Assembly: GCA_950097035.1 (NCBI GenBank)
Contig: CATNDT010000002.1
Coordinates: forward strand, 1-58,540
Direction of reading: 5' to 3'
Source: an uncultured Oscillibacter sp.
GTDB lineage: Bacteria; Bacillota; Clostridia; Oscillospirales; Oscillospiraceae
Length of the DNA stretch: 58,540 nucleotides
Part shown: positions 8,153 to 19,120 of the stretch, piece by piece
Layout: each line of letters opens with the position of its first letter
Position numbering within the stretch: the first letter of the stretch is position 1
Program-made: the position numbers and the translations under genes
Notes under the pieces: generated by a model
The model's input: only the letters and a program-made list of their open reading frames with translations
Databases searched by the model: none
Told to the model about the DNA's origin: nothing

Positions 8153-8207
8153 TTGACAATCATTGTCAACCGTGCTATTGTATTGTTGTATTAGGTTTTT
8201 AATACAA
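8153..8207 (+). promoter_or_regulatory. Promoter with two palindromic operator-like sites upstream of the S41 peptidase
   Basis: TTGACA-N17-TATTGT (extended TG). Palindromes TTGACAAT-C-ATTGTCAA (8153-8169) and TTGTATTA-N6-TAATACAA (8186-8207). Confidence 0.65.
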
Positions 8208-8227
8208 TAGAGAAGGGAGAGATCACG

Positions 8228-9955
8228 ATGCTATCCATGAAAACCCTCTGCCGCAGGGGAACGGCCCTGTGCCTTACGGCGCTGATGCTCTGCACCGCCG
8301 CTCTGGCGGCGGAACCGGCGGAAAAAGACCGAACTGCCCAGCGGCTGGAGGATCTGGAGTTTCTCTATCAGACCGTGCTGGTGGAAAATCACCCCAACGC
8401 ATTCGCCAACACACCGGAAGCGGAATTTCAGGCCTTGAAAAAGGATATCGAGTCCCGGTTGGAGACGGCGGACGACGCGGCTTTTCTGCTGGATCTCATG
8501 CGGCTCACGGCTCTGGTGGGGGACTCTCACACCTCCATCAATGGCATCGGGAACCTGGCGGAGCATTTAACCTACTACCCCCTCTCCATGACGCTGCGGG
8601 ACGGCGCGTGGTATATCGCCACAGTTCCGGCGGAGCGGAAGACTGCTCTTGGCCGAAAAGTGACCGCCGTTAACGGCCATTCCATGGGGGAGATCCTGGA
8701 GACCTTCACCCCGCTTTTCAGCGCCGATAACGCTGTTATTGCGGCACGGCGGTATCGTCAATACTGCCAGCTTGCGGACATGTATGTGTATCTGGGACTT
8801 GCAAAGGCAGGAGATCCCATTGTGCTGTCCTTAGACAGCGGGGGGCCGCTGACCCTTGCGCCGGTGGACTATGCGGCCTTGCGGAGCATGAAGCTCGCCT
8901 ACCTCTCGGACAGGATCCCCCAGGAGCCCTCCACCGCCCAAAGAGACGCCTATTACTTTGCCGAACCCCTGACAGACTCCACTTTTTACATCCAGTACAA
9001 CACCTGCAGCGAGGCGGAGGACCTGTCTATGGCGGAATTTGCCGCCAGGGTGGAAGCGTTGCTGCACGCCGGGAGCTACCGGCGTATTCTGCTGGATCTG
9101 CGCTATAACGGCGGCGGATCCGACGGTGTGATCTGGCCGCTGTTTGAGGTGCTGCGATCCGCCATGAACGGCGGGACGGAGCTGGTGGGTCTCATCGGGC
9201 CCGCCACCTTTTCCTCCGCCCTCATCAACGCTGTGGAAATTCAGGAGATGGGCGGCGTGCTGGTGGGGGAGAGCGCCGGGGGCAGTGTGTGCCACTTCGG
9301 CGCGGTGCGGGGCTTCTCCCTGCCAAACTCCGGCATTCGAGGGCAGCTGTCTTCCAAATACATCGACCTTAATACCCTGCTGGACGCGGGAGCGGGCCGG
9401 GGTGTGGAGGCTCTGGAGCCGGACGTGACCATTCCCCAGACCATAGCGGATACGCTTGCGGGAAAGGACACCCCCGTGGACTGGCTGCTGCTCCACCCGG
9501 AGCGGTTAACGCAAAAGTCCTATCCCGACGCCCCACTGACCAGAGGCCGCTTTGTGGGCGAGCTCTATGAGGCGGCAAACAGCCCCGCCGTCACCGCAGA
9601 CGTGCCGCCTTTTAAAGACAGCTTTGGCATCGAGTGGTACCTTCCGGCCCTGACCTGGGCCAAGGAGTCCGGGATTGCCCAGGGCGGCGCGGATGGTATG
9701 TTTTCCGCCGCCCGGCAGCTCACCTGGCAGGAGGCCGCTGTTTTTATGGTCCGGGCTCTGGAGGGAACTTCTCCCGCGGCGGTCCGCACCCAGGCGCTGC
9801 CCGCCGCCCTGACGGTAACACCGGGAAACCGGGACGCGGTGACCGCCGCCTGGCGTTGGGGCCTTCTGCCCCGGAATGCGGACTTTACGGAGGGTCCCAC
9901 CCGCGCCCACGGGCTTGCTATGGCGCAAAGCCTCTCAAAGCTGTTAAATCCCTGA
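8228..9955 (+). CDS. Secreted S41-family peptidase with a C-terminal SLH-like cell-wall anchor
   Basis: Signal peptide ending ALA-AE; GDSHT, LDLRYNGGG, TFSSA, EPDV. C-terminal LTRGRF..WYLPALTWAKESGIAQG..F...LTWQEAAVF resembles SLH repeats. Confidence 0.8.
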   Translation: MLSMKTLCRRGTALCLTALMLCTAALAAEPAEKDRTAQRLEDLEFLYQTVLVENHPNAFANTPEAEFQALKKDIESRLETADDAAFLLDLMRLTALVGDSHTSINGIGNLAEHLTYYPLSMTLRDGAWYIATVPAERKTALGRKVTAVNGHSMGEILETFTPLFSADNAVIAARRYRQYCQLADMYVYLGLAKAGDPIVLSLDSGGPLTLAPVDYAALRSMKLAYLSDRIPQEPSTAQRDAYYFAEPLTDSTFYIQYNTCSEAEDLSMAEFAARVEALLHAGSYRRILLDLRYNGGGSDGVIWPLFEVLRSAMNGGTELVGLIGPATFSSALINAVEIQEMGGVLVGESAGGSVCHFGAVRGFSLPNSGIRGQLSSKYIDLNTLLDAGAGRGVEALEPDVTIPQTIADTLAGKDTPVDWLLLHPERLTQKSYPDAPLTRGRFVGELYEAANSPAVTADVPPFKDSFGIEWYLPALTWAKESGIAQGGADGMFSAARQLTWQEAAVFMVRALEGTSPAAVRTQALPAALTVTPGNRDAVTAAWRWGLLPRNADFTEGPTRAHGLAMAQSLSKLLNP

Positions 9956-10108
9956 TACAACTTCCACAGAGGGACCTGTTTTTCGATGAATGGCAGGCCC
10001 CTCTTTTGTGATTTTTACCGTATACATTTTTCAAAAGCTCTGCTATAATCAAACGGCCTCAAGCCTTTGGGGCTTTGAAATTATTTTTGACAGCAGGAGC
10101 AATTTCCC

Positions 10109-11278
10109 ATGGTCCATCTTCTTTTAGCCGTCATCTATCTCTCCTTCATCAGCCTGGGTCTGCCGGACGCGCTGCTGGGGTCTGCCTGGCCGACGATGTA
10201 TGGTGCTCTTGGCGTGCCGGTGTCCTACGCGGGGATCATCTCTATGATCATCGCCCTGGGTACCACTTTTTCCAGCCTCCAGAGCGACCGGCTCACCCGT
10301 CGTCTGGGCACCGGGCGGGTAACGGCTATCAGCACCGGCGTTACCGCCGCCGCCATGCTGGGCTTTTCTTTCAGCCGCTCTTTCCTGGCCCTGTGTCTCT
10401 GGGCTGTGCCCTACGGGCTGGGGGCCGGCAGCGTGGACGCCTCCCTGAACAACTACGTGGCCCTTCACTACGCCAGCCGCCATATGAGCTGGCTGCACTG
10501 CATGTGGGGGATCGGAGCCTCCATTGGGCCCTATATCATGGGCTACGCCCTTTTCGGCGGCTTTGGCTGGCCCATGGGCTACCTCCTGATCGCCCTGCTG
10601 CAGGCCGTTCTCACCGCCGCGCTGCTGCTGAGCCTCCCTCTTTGGAAAAAGGGGAGCGGAAACGGCGGGGAGACCGGGACGCCGGGAGAGCGGGCGCTGT
10701 CCCTGGGGGAGATCTTCCGTCTTCCCGGCGCGAAAGAGGTGATGGTCACCTTCTTTTGCTACTGTGCCATTGAGCAGACTGTGGGCCTCTGGGCCAGCAG
10801 TTATCTGGTGCTGCACCTGGGGCTCTCCGCCGAAGCGGCGGCGGGCTTTGCGGGGCTGTTCTTTATGGGCATCACCGCAGGACGGGGGGCCAGCGGATTT
10901 TTGACTTTACGCCTTAACGACGGGAATATGGTCCGCCTGGGATGTGCAATTCTGGCGGCGGGCCTTGCCATATTGCTGCTGCCCCTGGGAGATACCGCCG
11001 CCCTGGCGGGACTGCTGCTGCTGGGTCTGGGATGTGCACCTGTCTATCCCTGTCTTATCCACGCCACACCGGACCACTTCGGCGCGGAGAACTCCCAGGC
11101 CGTGATCGGTGTGCAGATGGCCAGCGCCTATGTGGGCACCTGCGCCATGCCCTTTCTCTTCGGCCTTGCGGCAAACCATATCAGCGTGGCGCTGTTTCCC
11201 TTTTATCTGGCGGCGCTGCTGCTGATGATGTATTTGATGCACCGGAGGCTTTTGCAAAAAACAGCGCAGCACGGTTAA
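10109..11278 (+). CDS. MFS transporter (fucose permease-like)
   Basis: About 12 hydrophobic segments; ISLGLPDALLG, SDRLTRRLG, GAGSVDASLNNY, GCAPVYP. TGcTATAAT promoter element at 10041-10049. Confidence 0.88.
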   Translation: MVHLLLAVIYLSFISLGLPDALLGSAWPTMYGALGVPVSYAGIISMIIALGTTFSSLQSDRLTRRLGTGRVTAISTGVTAAAMLGFSFSRSFLALCLWAVPYGLGAGSVDASLNNYVALHYASRHMSWLHCMWGIGASIGPYIMGYALFGGFGWPMGYLLIALLQAVLTAALLLSLPLWKKGSGNGGETGTPGERALSLGEIFRLPGAKEVMVTFFCYCAIEQTVGLWASSYLVLHLGLSAEAAAGFAGLFFMGITAGRGASGFLTLRLNDGNMVRLGCAILAAGLAILLLPLGDTAALAGLLLLGLGCAPVYPCLIHATPDHFGAENSQAVIGVQMASAYVGTCAMPFLFGLAANHISVALFPFYLAALLLMMYLMHRRLLQKTAQHG

Positions 11279-11312
11279 AGCGGAGCGGCATTTTGAGCCG
11301 CTCCGCTTTTTT
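11277..11312. terminator. Bidirectional terminator between the convergent MFS and nadE genes
   Basis: AAAGCGGAGCGGC-ATTTTGA-GCCGCTCCGCTTT followed by TTT. Confidence 0.8.
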
Positions 11313-11320
11313 GTCCTTCC

Positions 11321-13240
11321 CTATTCCAGCGTCTCCAGTTCCGATTTCCACAGCGCCCACACCGCATCCGATGGCATTCTCCAGTCCCCCCGGGGGGAGA
11401 GGGCCACAGAACCCACCTTGGGTCCGTCCGGCAGGCAGTTGCGCTTAAACTGCTGGGAAAAAAAGCGGCGGTAGAAAATCTTCAGCCATTTTAAAATCGT
11501 CTCCCGGCGGAATTTCTTCTCCAGGGCATACAGTGCCAGGCGGTAGATCTTTGATGGGGAGAATCCCCAGCGGAGCATGTAGTACAGGAAAAAGTCGTGG
11601 AGCTCGTAGGGTCCCACCAGATCCTCCGTCCTCTGGCTGATTTGGCCCTGTACCGCGGGCAGCAGCTCCGGGGAGACAGGGGTGTCCAGAATATCCTCCA
11701 GCACATCGTGCAGCGCCTCGTCCTTCCCCGCGTTATCCATGGCCAGGTGGACCACCAGATGCCGCACCAGCGTTTTGGGGATGGAGGCGTTGACCGCGTA
11801 CATGCTCATGTGGTCGCCATTATAGGTGCACCAGCCAAGAGCCAGCTCGCTTAGGTCGCCGGTGCCGATAACAAGGCCCCCCGACTGGTTGGCAATATCC
11901 ATCAGCACCTGGGTGCGCTCCCGGGCCTGGGCGTTTTCAAAGGTGACGTCCTGGTTGTCCATATCCTGCCCGATATCCCGAAAATGACTGCGGACGCTGC
12001 AGGAGATATCCACGGTTTTCAGGGCCGTTCCCAGCTTTTCCGCAAGGATGACCGCATTGTTGCGGGTGCGGTCTGTTGTGCCGAAGCAGGGCATAGTGAC
12101 GGCGATGATATCCGTCATGGGCCGGTCCAGCATCTTCATGGCAAGGCCCGTGATCAGCACGGCCAAGGTGGAGTCCAGCCCGCCGGAGAGACCCACCACA
12201 GCGGTTTTGGCCCCGGTGTGCTCCAGCCGCTGCTTTAAACCCAGAGAGGCGATGAGCAGGATTTCCCGGCACCGGGCGTCCCGGTCCTCCTTTCCCTCGG
12301 GGACAAAGGGCATGGGCTCCACATACCGGGTGAGCTTGGCGGGGGAGGGGGTCAGAGTGAAGGTCTCCTCGCAGCCGTCGTTTCCTGCGCCCTCTCCCAG
12401 ACTCTGGGTGCGGCGGCGCTCAAACCCCAACCGCTGGATATCGATTTCAGAGATCAGGAGGCCGCCCTCAAACCGGCGCTCCGCCAGCAGCACTCCGTTT
12501 TCCGCAATCATCTGGTGGGCTCCAAACACCATATCCGAGGTGGATTCTCCCGCCCCGGCGCTGGCATATACATAGCCGCACAGCAGCTTTGCAGACTGGG
12601 TGGTCACCAGCTGGCGGCGATAGGCCGCTTTGCCGAGCACCTCATTGCTGGCAGAGAGGTTGCCGATGATGGTGGCCCCGTTCCGCGCCATCTGCAAAGA
12701 CGGGGGAGCCGGGGACCACAGATCCTCGCAAATTTCAAAGCCCAGTGTCAAACCGGGGATATTTTCGCAGCGGAACACCTGTCCCGCGCCGAAGATCACA
12801 AACTCCTGACCCAACAGGGGGATGCTTTCCGCCTCCGCCGGTGCGGAAGCGAACCAGCGCTTTTCGTAAAACTCGCCGTAATTGGGCAGATGGGTCTTGG
12901 GCACCACGCCAAGAATCTTTCCTTTTTGTATAATGACTGCGCAGTTATACAGTTCGTTGTGGACCCGCAGGGGCATGCCCACCGCCGTTACCACCTCCAG
13001 GTTGCGCGTTGCCTCCAGCACGGTGGCAAGGGCCTGCTCCGCACCTTTGAGCAGCGTTTCCTGATAGAAGAGGTCTCCGCAGGTATAGCCCGTCAGTCCC
13101 AGCTCCGGCAGAACCAGCACCTTTACCCCTGCCTGCTCTGCCTTTCGCATCAGATCAAAGGTTTTTTCCGCATTATAGTCGCAGTCGGCCAGTCGCAGCT
13201 CCGGCGCGCCGCAGGCGACGGAGATAAAACCATCCTTCAT
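11321..13240 (-). CDS. nadE: Glutamine-dependent NAD+ synthetase
   Basis: Nitrilase domain (LPEL, PKTHLPNYGEFYEKRWF, EICEDLW) plus synthetase domain (GLSGGLDS, ENAQARER, GTGDLSELALGW). Promoter TTGTAA-N17-TAAAAT at 13275-13303. Confidence 0.97.
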   Translation of the reverse strand: MKDGFISVACGAPELRLADCDYNAEKTFDLMRKAEQAGVKVLVLPELGLTGYTCGDLFYQETLLKGAEQALATVLEATRNLEVVTAVGMPLRVHNELYNCAVIIQKGKILGVVPKTHLPNYGEFYEKRWFASAPAEAESIPLLGQEFVIFGAGQVFRCENIPGLTLGFEICEDLWSPAPPSLQMARNGATIIGNLSASNEVLGKAAYRRQLVTTQSAKLLCGYVYASAGAGESTSDMVFGAHQMIAENGVLLAERRFEGGLLISEIDIQRLGFERRRTQSLGEGAGNDGCEETFTLTPSPAKLTRYVEPMPFVPEGKEDRDARCREILLIASLGLKQRLEHTGAKTAVVGLSGGLDSTLAVLITGLAMKMLDRPMTDIIAVTMPCFGTTDRTRNNAVILAEKLGTALKTVDISCSVRSHFRDIGQDMDNQDVTFENAQARERTQVLMDIANQSGGLVIGTGDLSELALGWCTYNGDHMSMYAVNASIPKTLVRHLVVHLAMDNAGKDEALHDVLEDILDTPVSPELLPAVQGQISQRTEDLVGPYELHDFFLYYMLRWGFSPSKIYRLALYALEKKFRRETILKWLKIFYRRFFSQQFKRNCLPDGPKVGSVALSPRGDWRMPSDAVWALWKSELETLE

Positions 13241-13307
13241 ATGAATACCTCCCGTTGGATTCTTCTATAGGGGTATTTTACACCCTTCCGGGCAGATTTA
13301 CAAGAAA

Positions 13308-13394
13308 GACACAAAAAAGACCGCCCTGGGCGGTCCTTTTTGTTGTGTGTTTAGGAGGGAGAAAACGCATCGGGTTGGGAGGCCCTCTGCTTGT
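13308..13394 (-). ncRNA. Candidate C-rich small RNA
   Basis: Two C-rich loops (CCUCCC, UCUCCCUCCU) and a terminator GGACCGCC-CAG-GGCGGTCT followed by a T run. Upstream -10-like TATCTT and 11-bp-spaced repeats. No credible ORF. Confidence 0.5.
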
Positions 13395-13476
13395 ATGTTA
13401 AGATACCCCTTAAACATGTCGGAATTGTGTTTATCCTGTGAACGATTTGTAAATGTTATTTTCTTTTCAAGGGCGG

Positions 13477-13923
13477 TCACTTATACTTTCTGCTCTCTGC
13501 AACAGCCATCTCGTCACAGCGGTTGTTAAACTCGTTTTCAGCATGGCCCTTGACCCAGTGATACCGCAGGGTGTGGACGGATTCCAGCTCCAAAAGACGG
13601 CCCCACAGATCCGGATTCAGGGCGGGCTTTTTATCGGACTTCACCCAGCCCCGCTTTTGCCAGCCTCTGGCCCATCCCTTTTCCAACCCGTCGATGACGT
13701 ATTTGGAGTCGGACCAGAGGTCCACCACGCAGGGCTCTTTCAGCAATGACAGCGCCTGAATCACCGCGGTCAGCTCCATGCGGTTATTGGTGGTGGAGCT
13801 CTCCCCGCCGGAGAGCTCCCGCTTGTGGGCGCCGTAGATTAAAATGGCGCCCCAGCCGCCCGGACCGGGATTGCCGGAACAGGCGCCGTCGGTGTAGATT
13901 GTGACGGTTTTCAGCGGTCTCAA
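13477..13923 (-). CDS. rnhA: Ribonuclease HI
   Basis: [42 protein letters not shown] start overlaps the gyrA stop. Confidence 0.97.
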   Translation of the reverse strand: MRPLKTVTIYTDGACSGNPGPGGWGAILIYGAHKRELSGGESSTTNNRMELTAVIQALSLLKEPCVVDLWSDSKYVIDGLEKGWARGWQKRGWVKSDKKPALNPDLWGRLLELESVHTLRYHWVKGHAENEFNNRCDEMAVAESRKYK

Positions 13924-16421
13924 CCCTCCTCTTCAGGGGCTTCCTCTGCGACTTCTTCCCGTTCTGTCAAAGCCATGGAGATTACCCGGTCTCCCTCTTC
14001 CTTAAACCGCATGACAATCACGCCCTGGGTAGCCCGCCCTGCGGTGCGGATCGTGTCCACATGCGTGCGAATCAAAATACCCGCCTGGGTCACCAGCAAC
14101 AGATCCTCGCTGCCGTCCACCACTTTGATGCCCACCACAGGACCTGTCTTTTCCGTGACCATGTAGTTTTTGATGCCCACACCGCCCCGGTTGGTGATGC
14201 GGTACTCCTCTACCGGGGTGCGCTTTCCGTATCCCCGCTCCGTGATGGAAAGCACCTCGTAATTCTCCTTGGCACGGGCCGCGGCAACCACATAGTCTCC
14301 CTGGCGCAAGCGAATGCCCCGCACGCCCATGGCATCCCGGCCCATGGGCCGCACATCCGCCTCGTCAAAGCACACCGCCATACCATCGTGCGTGGCAATC
14401 AGGATCCTCTGATTCCCATCTGTCTCCCGAACGGTGATCAGCCGGTCTCCCTCGTCCATCCGCAGGGCGCGGATTCCGTTGTTGCGAAGATTTTTCAGCG
14501 TGTTGGCGGGCAGGCGCTTCACCGTGCCGTTCTGCGTCACCATAAAGAGGAAGCGCCCGTCATCCTCAATAGACCGGGTGTGGATCATGGTCTGCACCCG
14601 CTCGCCCTGCTCCACCTGCAAAATATTGATAATATTGGTGCCCTTGGCAGTTTTGCCGGACTCGGGAATCTGATAGCCCTTCTTCCGGTAGACCTTGCCC
14701 GTGTCGGTAAAAAACAGGATATAGTCGTGGGTGGAGGCGGTAAACACATCCACCACGTAGTCCTCTTCCCGGGTGGTGATACCCTTTTTTCCCATACCGC
14801 CTTTGGACTGAGCCGTGTACTCGCTGACAGGGGTGCGCTTGATATAGCCCGCCTGTGTCAGCGTAAATACGCACTGTTCCTCCACAATGAGATCCTCAAT
14901 ATCGATCTCGTCCTCCACGTCCTGAATCTCGGTGATCCGGTCATCGCCATATTTGCCGGCAATCGCAGTAAGCTCTTCCCTCAAAATCTGACGTACCAGT
15001 CCCTCATCGGCCAGGATGCGGTTGAAATAGGCGATGCGTTCCTCCAGCTCTTTATACTCATTTTCCAGTTTTTCCCGGTTCAGGCCCTGGAGGGCGATGA
15101 GCCGCATGTCACAGATAGCCTGAGCCTGGATATCGTCCAGCCCAAAGCGGGACATCAGGTTTTCCCTGGCGTTGTCATAGCTGGTGCGGATGATCTTAAC
15201 AACCTCATCGATGTTGTCCTGGGCAATCAGCAGTCCCTCCAGCAGGTGAGCCCGCTCCTGGGCCTTCCGCAGGTCGTATTTTGTCCTCCGGACAATGACA
15301 TCCTCCTGGAAGGAGATGTATTCGTCGATGATGTGCCGCAAAGAGAGGATCTTTGGCTGAGGCTGGCCGTTTACCTGCACCAGGGCCAGCATGTTGACGG
15401 CAAAGGTGGTCTGCAGCTGGGTCTGACTGAAGAGCCGGTTCAGCACCACCTGGGGGTTGGCGTCCCGCTTCAGCTCAATGACGATCCGCATGCCGTTGCG
15501 GTCGGACTCGTCCCGGATGTCGGAGATACCGTCCAGCCGCTTATCCTCCACCTGCTCTGCCATATTCTTAATGAGCATCCGCTTGTTGACCTGATAGGGG
15601 ATTTCTGTGATGATGATGCGGGTGCGGTCCTTGCCAAACTCCTCAAACTCGTGGCGGGCGCGGACCACCAGCCGGCCCCGGCCGGTGGCATAGGCCGCCC
15701 GAATGCCGCTGCGGCCCATGATAATGCCCTTTGTGGGAAAATCCGGACCTTTAACATGCTCCATCAAATCTGCCAGAGTGGCCTCCGGATTATCCAGCAC
15801 ACAGAGGCATGCGCCTATAACCTCCCGCAGGTTGTGAGGAGGGATGTTGGTGGCCATACCCACGGCGATGCCGCTGGAACCGTTGACCAGCAGATTGGGA
15901 AACCGGGAGGGAAGCACCTGGGGCTCCTGCCGACTCTCGTCAAAGTTGGGGTCCCAGTCCACTGTCTCCTTTTCAATGTCCTGCAGCATCTCATCTGAGA
16001 TTTTGGCGAGGCGAGCCTCCGTATACCGGTAGGCCGCCGGGGGATCGCCATCCACGGAGCCGAAGTTGCCGTGGCCGTCCACCAGCATATACCGCATGGA
16101 AAAGTCCTGAGCCAGACGGACCAGAGCGTCGTAGACACTGGCGTCCCCATGGGGATGGTACCGGCCCAGTACATCGCCCACACAGGTGGCGGATTTTTTA
16201 AAGGGCTTGTCACTGGTCAGATTGTCCTCGTACATAGCGTACAGAATCCGGCGGTGGACCGGCTTTAATCCGTCCCGCACGTCCGGCAGCGCCCGGCCTT
16301 TAATCACCGACATGGCGTATTCGATGTAGGACTGTTTCATCTCCGGCACCAGCGGGGAATTCAAAATTTTCTGCTGGGGATACCGTATCTCTTCAGGGTC
16401 GTATTGAGGTTTTTTACTCAT
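13920..16421 (-). CDS. gyrA: DNA gyrase subunit A
   Basis: [22 protein letters not shown], catalytic AAYRYTE, GyrA-box-like QSKGGMG, beta-pinwheel C-terminal domain. Confidence 0.98.
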   Translation of the reverse strand: MSKKPQYDPEEIRYPQQKILNSPLVPEMKQSYIEYAMSVIKGRALPDVRDGLKPVHRRILYAMYEDNLTSDKPFKKSATCVGDVLGRYHPHGDASVYDALVRLAQDFSMRYMLVDGHGNFGSVDGDPPAAYRYTEARLAKISDEMLQDIEKETVDWDPNFDESRQEPQVLPSRFPNLLVNGSSGIAVGMATNIPPHNLREVIGACLCVLDNPEATLADLMEHVKGPDFPTKGIIMGRSGIRAAYATGRGRLVVRARHEFEEFGKDRTRIIITEIPYQVNKRMLIKNMAEQVEDKRLDGISDIRDESDRNGMRIVIELKRDANPQVVLNRLFSQTQLQTTFAVNMLALVQVNGQPQPKILSLRHIIDEYISFQEDVIVRRTKYDLRKAQERAHLLEGLLIAQDNIDEVVKIIRTSYDNARENLMSRFGLDDIQAQAICDMRLIALQGLNREKLENEYKELEERIAYFNRILADEGLVRQILREELTAIAGKYGDDRITEIQDVEDEIDIEDLIVEEQCVFTLTQAGYIKRTPVSEYTAQSKGGMGKKGITTREEDYVVDVFTASTHDYILFFTDTGKVYRKKGYQIPESGKTAKGTNIINILQVEQGERVQTMIHTRSIEDDGRFLFMVTQNGTVKRLPANTLKNLRNNGIRALRMDEGDRLITVRETDGNQRILIATHDGMAVCFDEADVRPMGRDAMGVRGIRLRQGDYVVAAARAKENYEVLSITERGYGKRTPVEEYRITNRGGVGIKNYMVTEKTGPVVGIKVVDGSEDLLLVTQAGILIRTHVDTIRTAGRATQGVIVMRFKEEGDRVISMALTEREEVAEEAPEEEG

Positions 16422-17164
16422 TTCGTCTCTCCCTCCATGGCAGAGGGCTCATCCTTTCCATTTTTGATAGCGGGACCGCCGCACTGCTCTCTCTCCTCCA
16501 GTCCGGCCAGCTGCCGCAGCGGCTTAATGCAGAAGCGGTCAAACACAGAGATCACCCGCCCCACCAGGATCATGGCAAGAACGGTGCCAACACCCACGCT
16601 GACCAGCTTGCCTCCGCCAAACAGCAGGTCCGTTGCAGCCGCCAGCGCCACACAGCAGAGGTCCACCAGATTTTTTCCAAATCCCAGGTCTTTTCCCAGC
16701 ACCTGACTGATCGTCTGCGCCAGCGCTTCCGGAGGTTGGGCGACGATATCCATCTTTACGATCATGGCGGCTCCCACGCCAACCATCACAATGGCCCACA
16801 GGATCAGCAGCAAATTTTGCCACAGAGCCGTGAAACGGAGTGTCCAGATTTGTCCGAACCAGCCCATCAGTGCGCTGTTCAGCGCGCAAAACGGGATCTG
16901 CGCCAGATCTTTCAGAGAAAACCCCCTCTTTTTAATCAGCAGCTGTATCAAAACCATTACGGTGTAATTGAGAAATACCGTAAGCGTCATGGACCATTGA
17001 AAGGCCTGGGACACGGCAAACGGGGCGGAGGTAACGGCGGAAGCTCCCAGGCCGGTTTTTGTACACAGCATCAGGCCAAAGGAGAGACAGACCAGTCCTG
17101 CAAGGTAGATTCCACCCCGCCACACACACTGCGTCCGCCGGGATACAGAGGCTCCACTTTTCAT
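16418..17164 (-). CDS. YczE/YyaS/YitT-like integral membrane protein
   Basis: About 6 hydrophobic segments; [11 protein letters not shown] and [14 protein letters not shown] patterns. Stop overlaps the gyrA ATG. Confidence 0.8.
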   Translation of the reverse strand: MKSGASVSRRTQCVWRGGIYLAGLVCLSFGLMLCTKTGLGASAVTSAPFAVSQAFQWSMTLTVFLNYTVMVLIQLLIKKRGFSLKDLAQIPFCALNSALMGWFGQIWTLRFTALWQNLLLILWAIVMVGVGAAMIVKMDIVAQPPEALAQTISQVLGKDLGFGKNLVDLCCVALAAATDLLFGGGKLVSVGVGTVLAMILVGRVISVFDRFCIKPLRQLAGLEEREQCGGPAIKNGKDEPSAMEGETK

Positions 17165-17176
17165 TCCGGCCTCTCT

Positions 17177-19120
17177 TTAATAGTCCAGATTCACCGCGTA
17201 CTGAGCGTTCTGCTCTATAAATTCCTTCCGTGGCTCCACCTTTTCGCCCATGAGAATGGTAAAGATCTCATCGGCCTTTACGGCGTCATCCAGGGTAATG
17301 CGGCGCAGGGTGCGGCGCTCCGGGTCCATGGTAGTCTCCCACAGCTCGTGGGGATTCATCTCGCCCAGGCCCTTAAACCGGCTGATATCCACCTTGGCGT
17401 TGGGGTTGTCTCCCCGCAGCTCGGCGGAGATGGCGTCCCGCTCCTCCTCGGAGAACGCCAGGCGGATGGTCTTACCCCGGGTCAGCTTAAAGAGGGGGGG
17501 GACGGCGGAATAGACGTAGCCCTGTTCGATCAGGGGCCGCATAAAACGGAAGAAAAATGTCAGCAGCAGCGTTCGGATGTGAGAGCCGTCCACATCGGCA
17601 TCGGCCATAATGATGACTTTGTGATACCTGAGCTTGCCGGCGTCAAATTCGTCGCCGATTCCCGCCCCCAGGGCAGTGATAACGGGCTGGAGCTTGTCGT
17701 TTCCATAGACTTTGTCTGCCCGGGCCTTCTCCACATTCAGCATCTTGCCCCACAGGGGGAGAATGGCCTGAAAGCGGGAGTCCCGCCCCTGGGTGGCGGA
17801 GCCGCCGGCGGAGTCGCCCTCGACGATATAGATCTCTGTCAGCTCCGGATTGTTCTCGTTGCAGTCCCGCAGCTTGTCCGGCATGGCCGCGCCGCCCAGC
17901 GCTGTTTTGCGGCGAATGGATTCCCGGGCCTTTTTGGCGGCCTCCCGGGCACGGTTTGCCGTCAGGGCCTTGTCCAGAATCAGCCGGCCCACCTGGGGAT
18001 TTTCCTCCAGGAAAATCCCCAGCTTTTCCGATACGATATTATTTACCAGTGTGCGGATCTCACTGTTGCCCAGCTTTGCCTTTGTCTGCCCCTCAAACTG
18101 GGCCTCCGTCAGCTTGACCGAGATCACGCAGGTAAGTCCCTCCCGGCAGTCCTCGCCCGAGACCTTCTCATCATCCTTCAGCATTTTGATTTTGCGGCCA
18201 TAGTTGTTTAAAACCGTGGTCAGCGCCCGCTTGAACCCCTCCTCATGCATGCCGCCCTCAGGGGTGTGCACATTGTTGGCAAAGGAGAGGATCGTCTCGT
18301 TGTAGCCGTCGTTATATTGAAGCGCCACCTCTGCCATGGCGTCGTCCTTCTGGCCCGCCATGTAGATTACGCCGTTGTGAAGGGCGTCCTTGCTCTTATT
18401 GAGCCAGGTGACAAATTCCCGAATACCGCCCTCATAGCACATGGAGTGCTCCTGCTCCCCGCCGGGGCGCTTATCCACCGTGCGGATGCGGAGACCCGCG
18501 TTTAAAAAAGCCTCCTCCTGCATGCGGGTGTGCAGGGTTTCATAGCGATATACCGTGTCCTCAAACATCTCCGGGTCCGGCTTAAAGGTGACGGTGGTGC
18601 CGGTGTGGTCGGTCTCTCCCACCACGGTCATCTCCTGGGTCACATGGCCCCGGGAGAATCTCATCTCGTAAATCTTTTCGTCCCGGTGAACCTGAACTGT
18701 CAGCCACTCCGAAAGGGCGTTTACCACCGAGGCGCCTACGCCGTGAAGTCCTCCGGAGACCTTATAGCCGCCGCCGCCGAATTTGCCGCCGGCGTGGAGA
18801 ACGGTGTACACCACCTCCAGTGCGGGCTTTCCCGTCTGTGCCTGAATGTCCACGGGGATGCCGCGGCCATTATCCACCACGGTGATCGTGTCGTCCTCAT
18901 TGATCTGCACCAGAATATCCGTGCAGTAACCGGCCAGCGCCTCGTCGATGGCGTTGTCCACGATTTCATAGACCAGGTGGTGGAGACCTGAGGCGGAGGT
19001 AGAGCCAATATACATACCGGGACGCTTACGAACGGCCTCCAGCCCCTCTAAAACCTGAATCTCAGAGGCGTCGTATTCGTGCTCCGTCTGGGAACTCATT
19101 AAAATCTCATTGTCTTCCAT
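17177..19120 (-). CDS. gyrB: DNA gyrase subunit B
   Basis: [53 protein letters not shown]. Confidence 0.98.
   Translation of the reverse strand: MEDNEILMSSQTEHEYDASEIQVLEGLEAVRKRPGMYIGSTSASGLHHLVYEIVDNAIDEALAGYCTDILVQINEDDTITVVDNGRGIPVDIQAQTGKPALEVVYTVLHAGGKFGGGGYKVSGGLHGVGASVVNALSEWLTVQVHRDEKIYEMRFSRGHVTQEMTVVGETDHTGTTVTFKPDPEMFEDTVYRYETLHTRMQEEAFLNAGLRIRTVDKRPGGEQEHSMCYEGGIREFVTWLNKSKDALHNGVIYMAGQKDDAMAEVALQYNDGYNETILSFANNVHTPEGGMHEEGFKRALTTVLNNYGRKIKMLKDDEKVSGEDCREGLTCVISVKLTEAQFEGQTKAKLGNSEIRTLVNNIVSEKLGIFLEENPQVGRLILDKALTANRAREAAKKARESIRRKTALGGAAMPDKLRDCNENNPELTEIYIVEGDSAGGSATQGRDSRFQAILPLWGKMLNVEKARADKVYGNDKLQPVITALGAGIGDEFDAGKLRYHKVIIMADADVDGSHIRTLLLTFFFRFMRPLIEQGYVYSAVPPLFKLTRGKTIRLAFSEEERDAISAELRGDNPNAKVDISRFKGLGEMNPHELWETTMDPERRTLRRITLDDAVKADEIFTILMGEKVEPRKEFIEQNAQYAVNLDY

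Noticed and set aside
5332-13240. Kynurenine-route NAD synthesis cluster (cyclase plus nadE)
   Set aside because: The genes are in different, opposed transcription units and no other pathway genes are present.
14061-18211. Long plus-strand ORFs (645 aa, 491 aa) opposite gyrA and gyrB, and similar 400-530 aa shadow ORFs opposite murT, glyS, aspS, serS and dut/U32
   Set aside because: They lie antisense to well-supported genes, have no recognisable motifs, and are expected from GC-rich codon usage.
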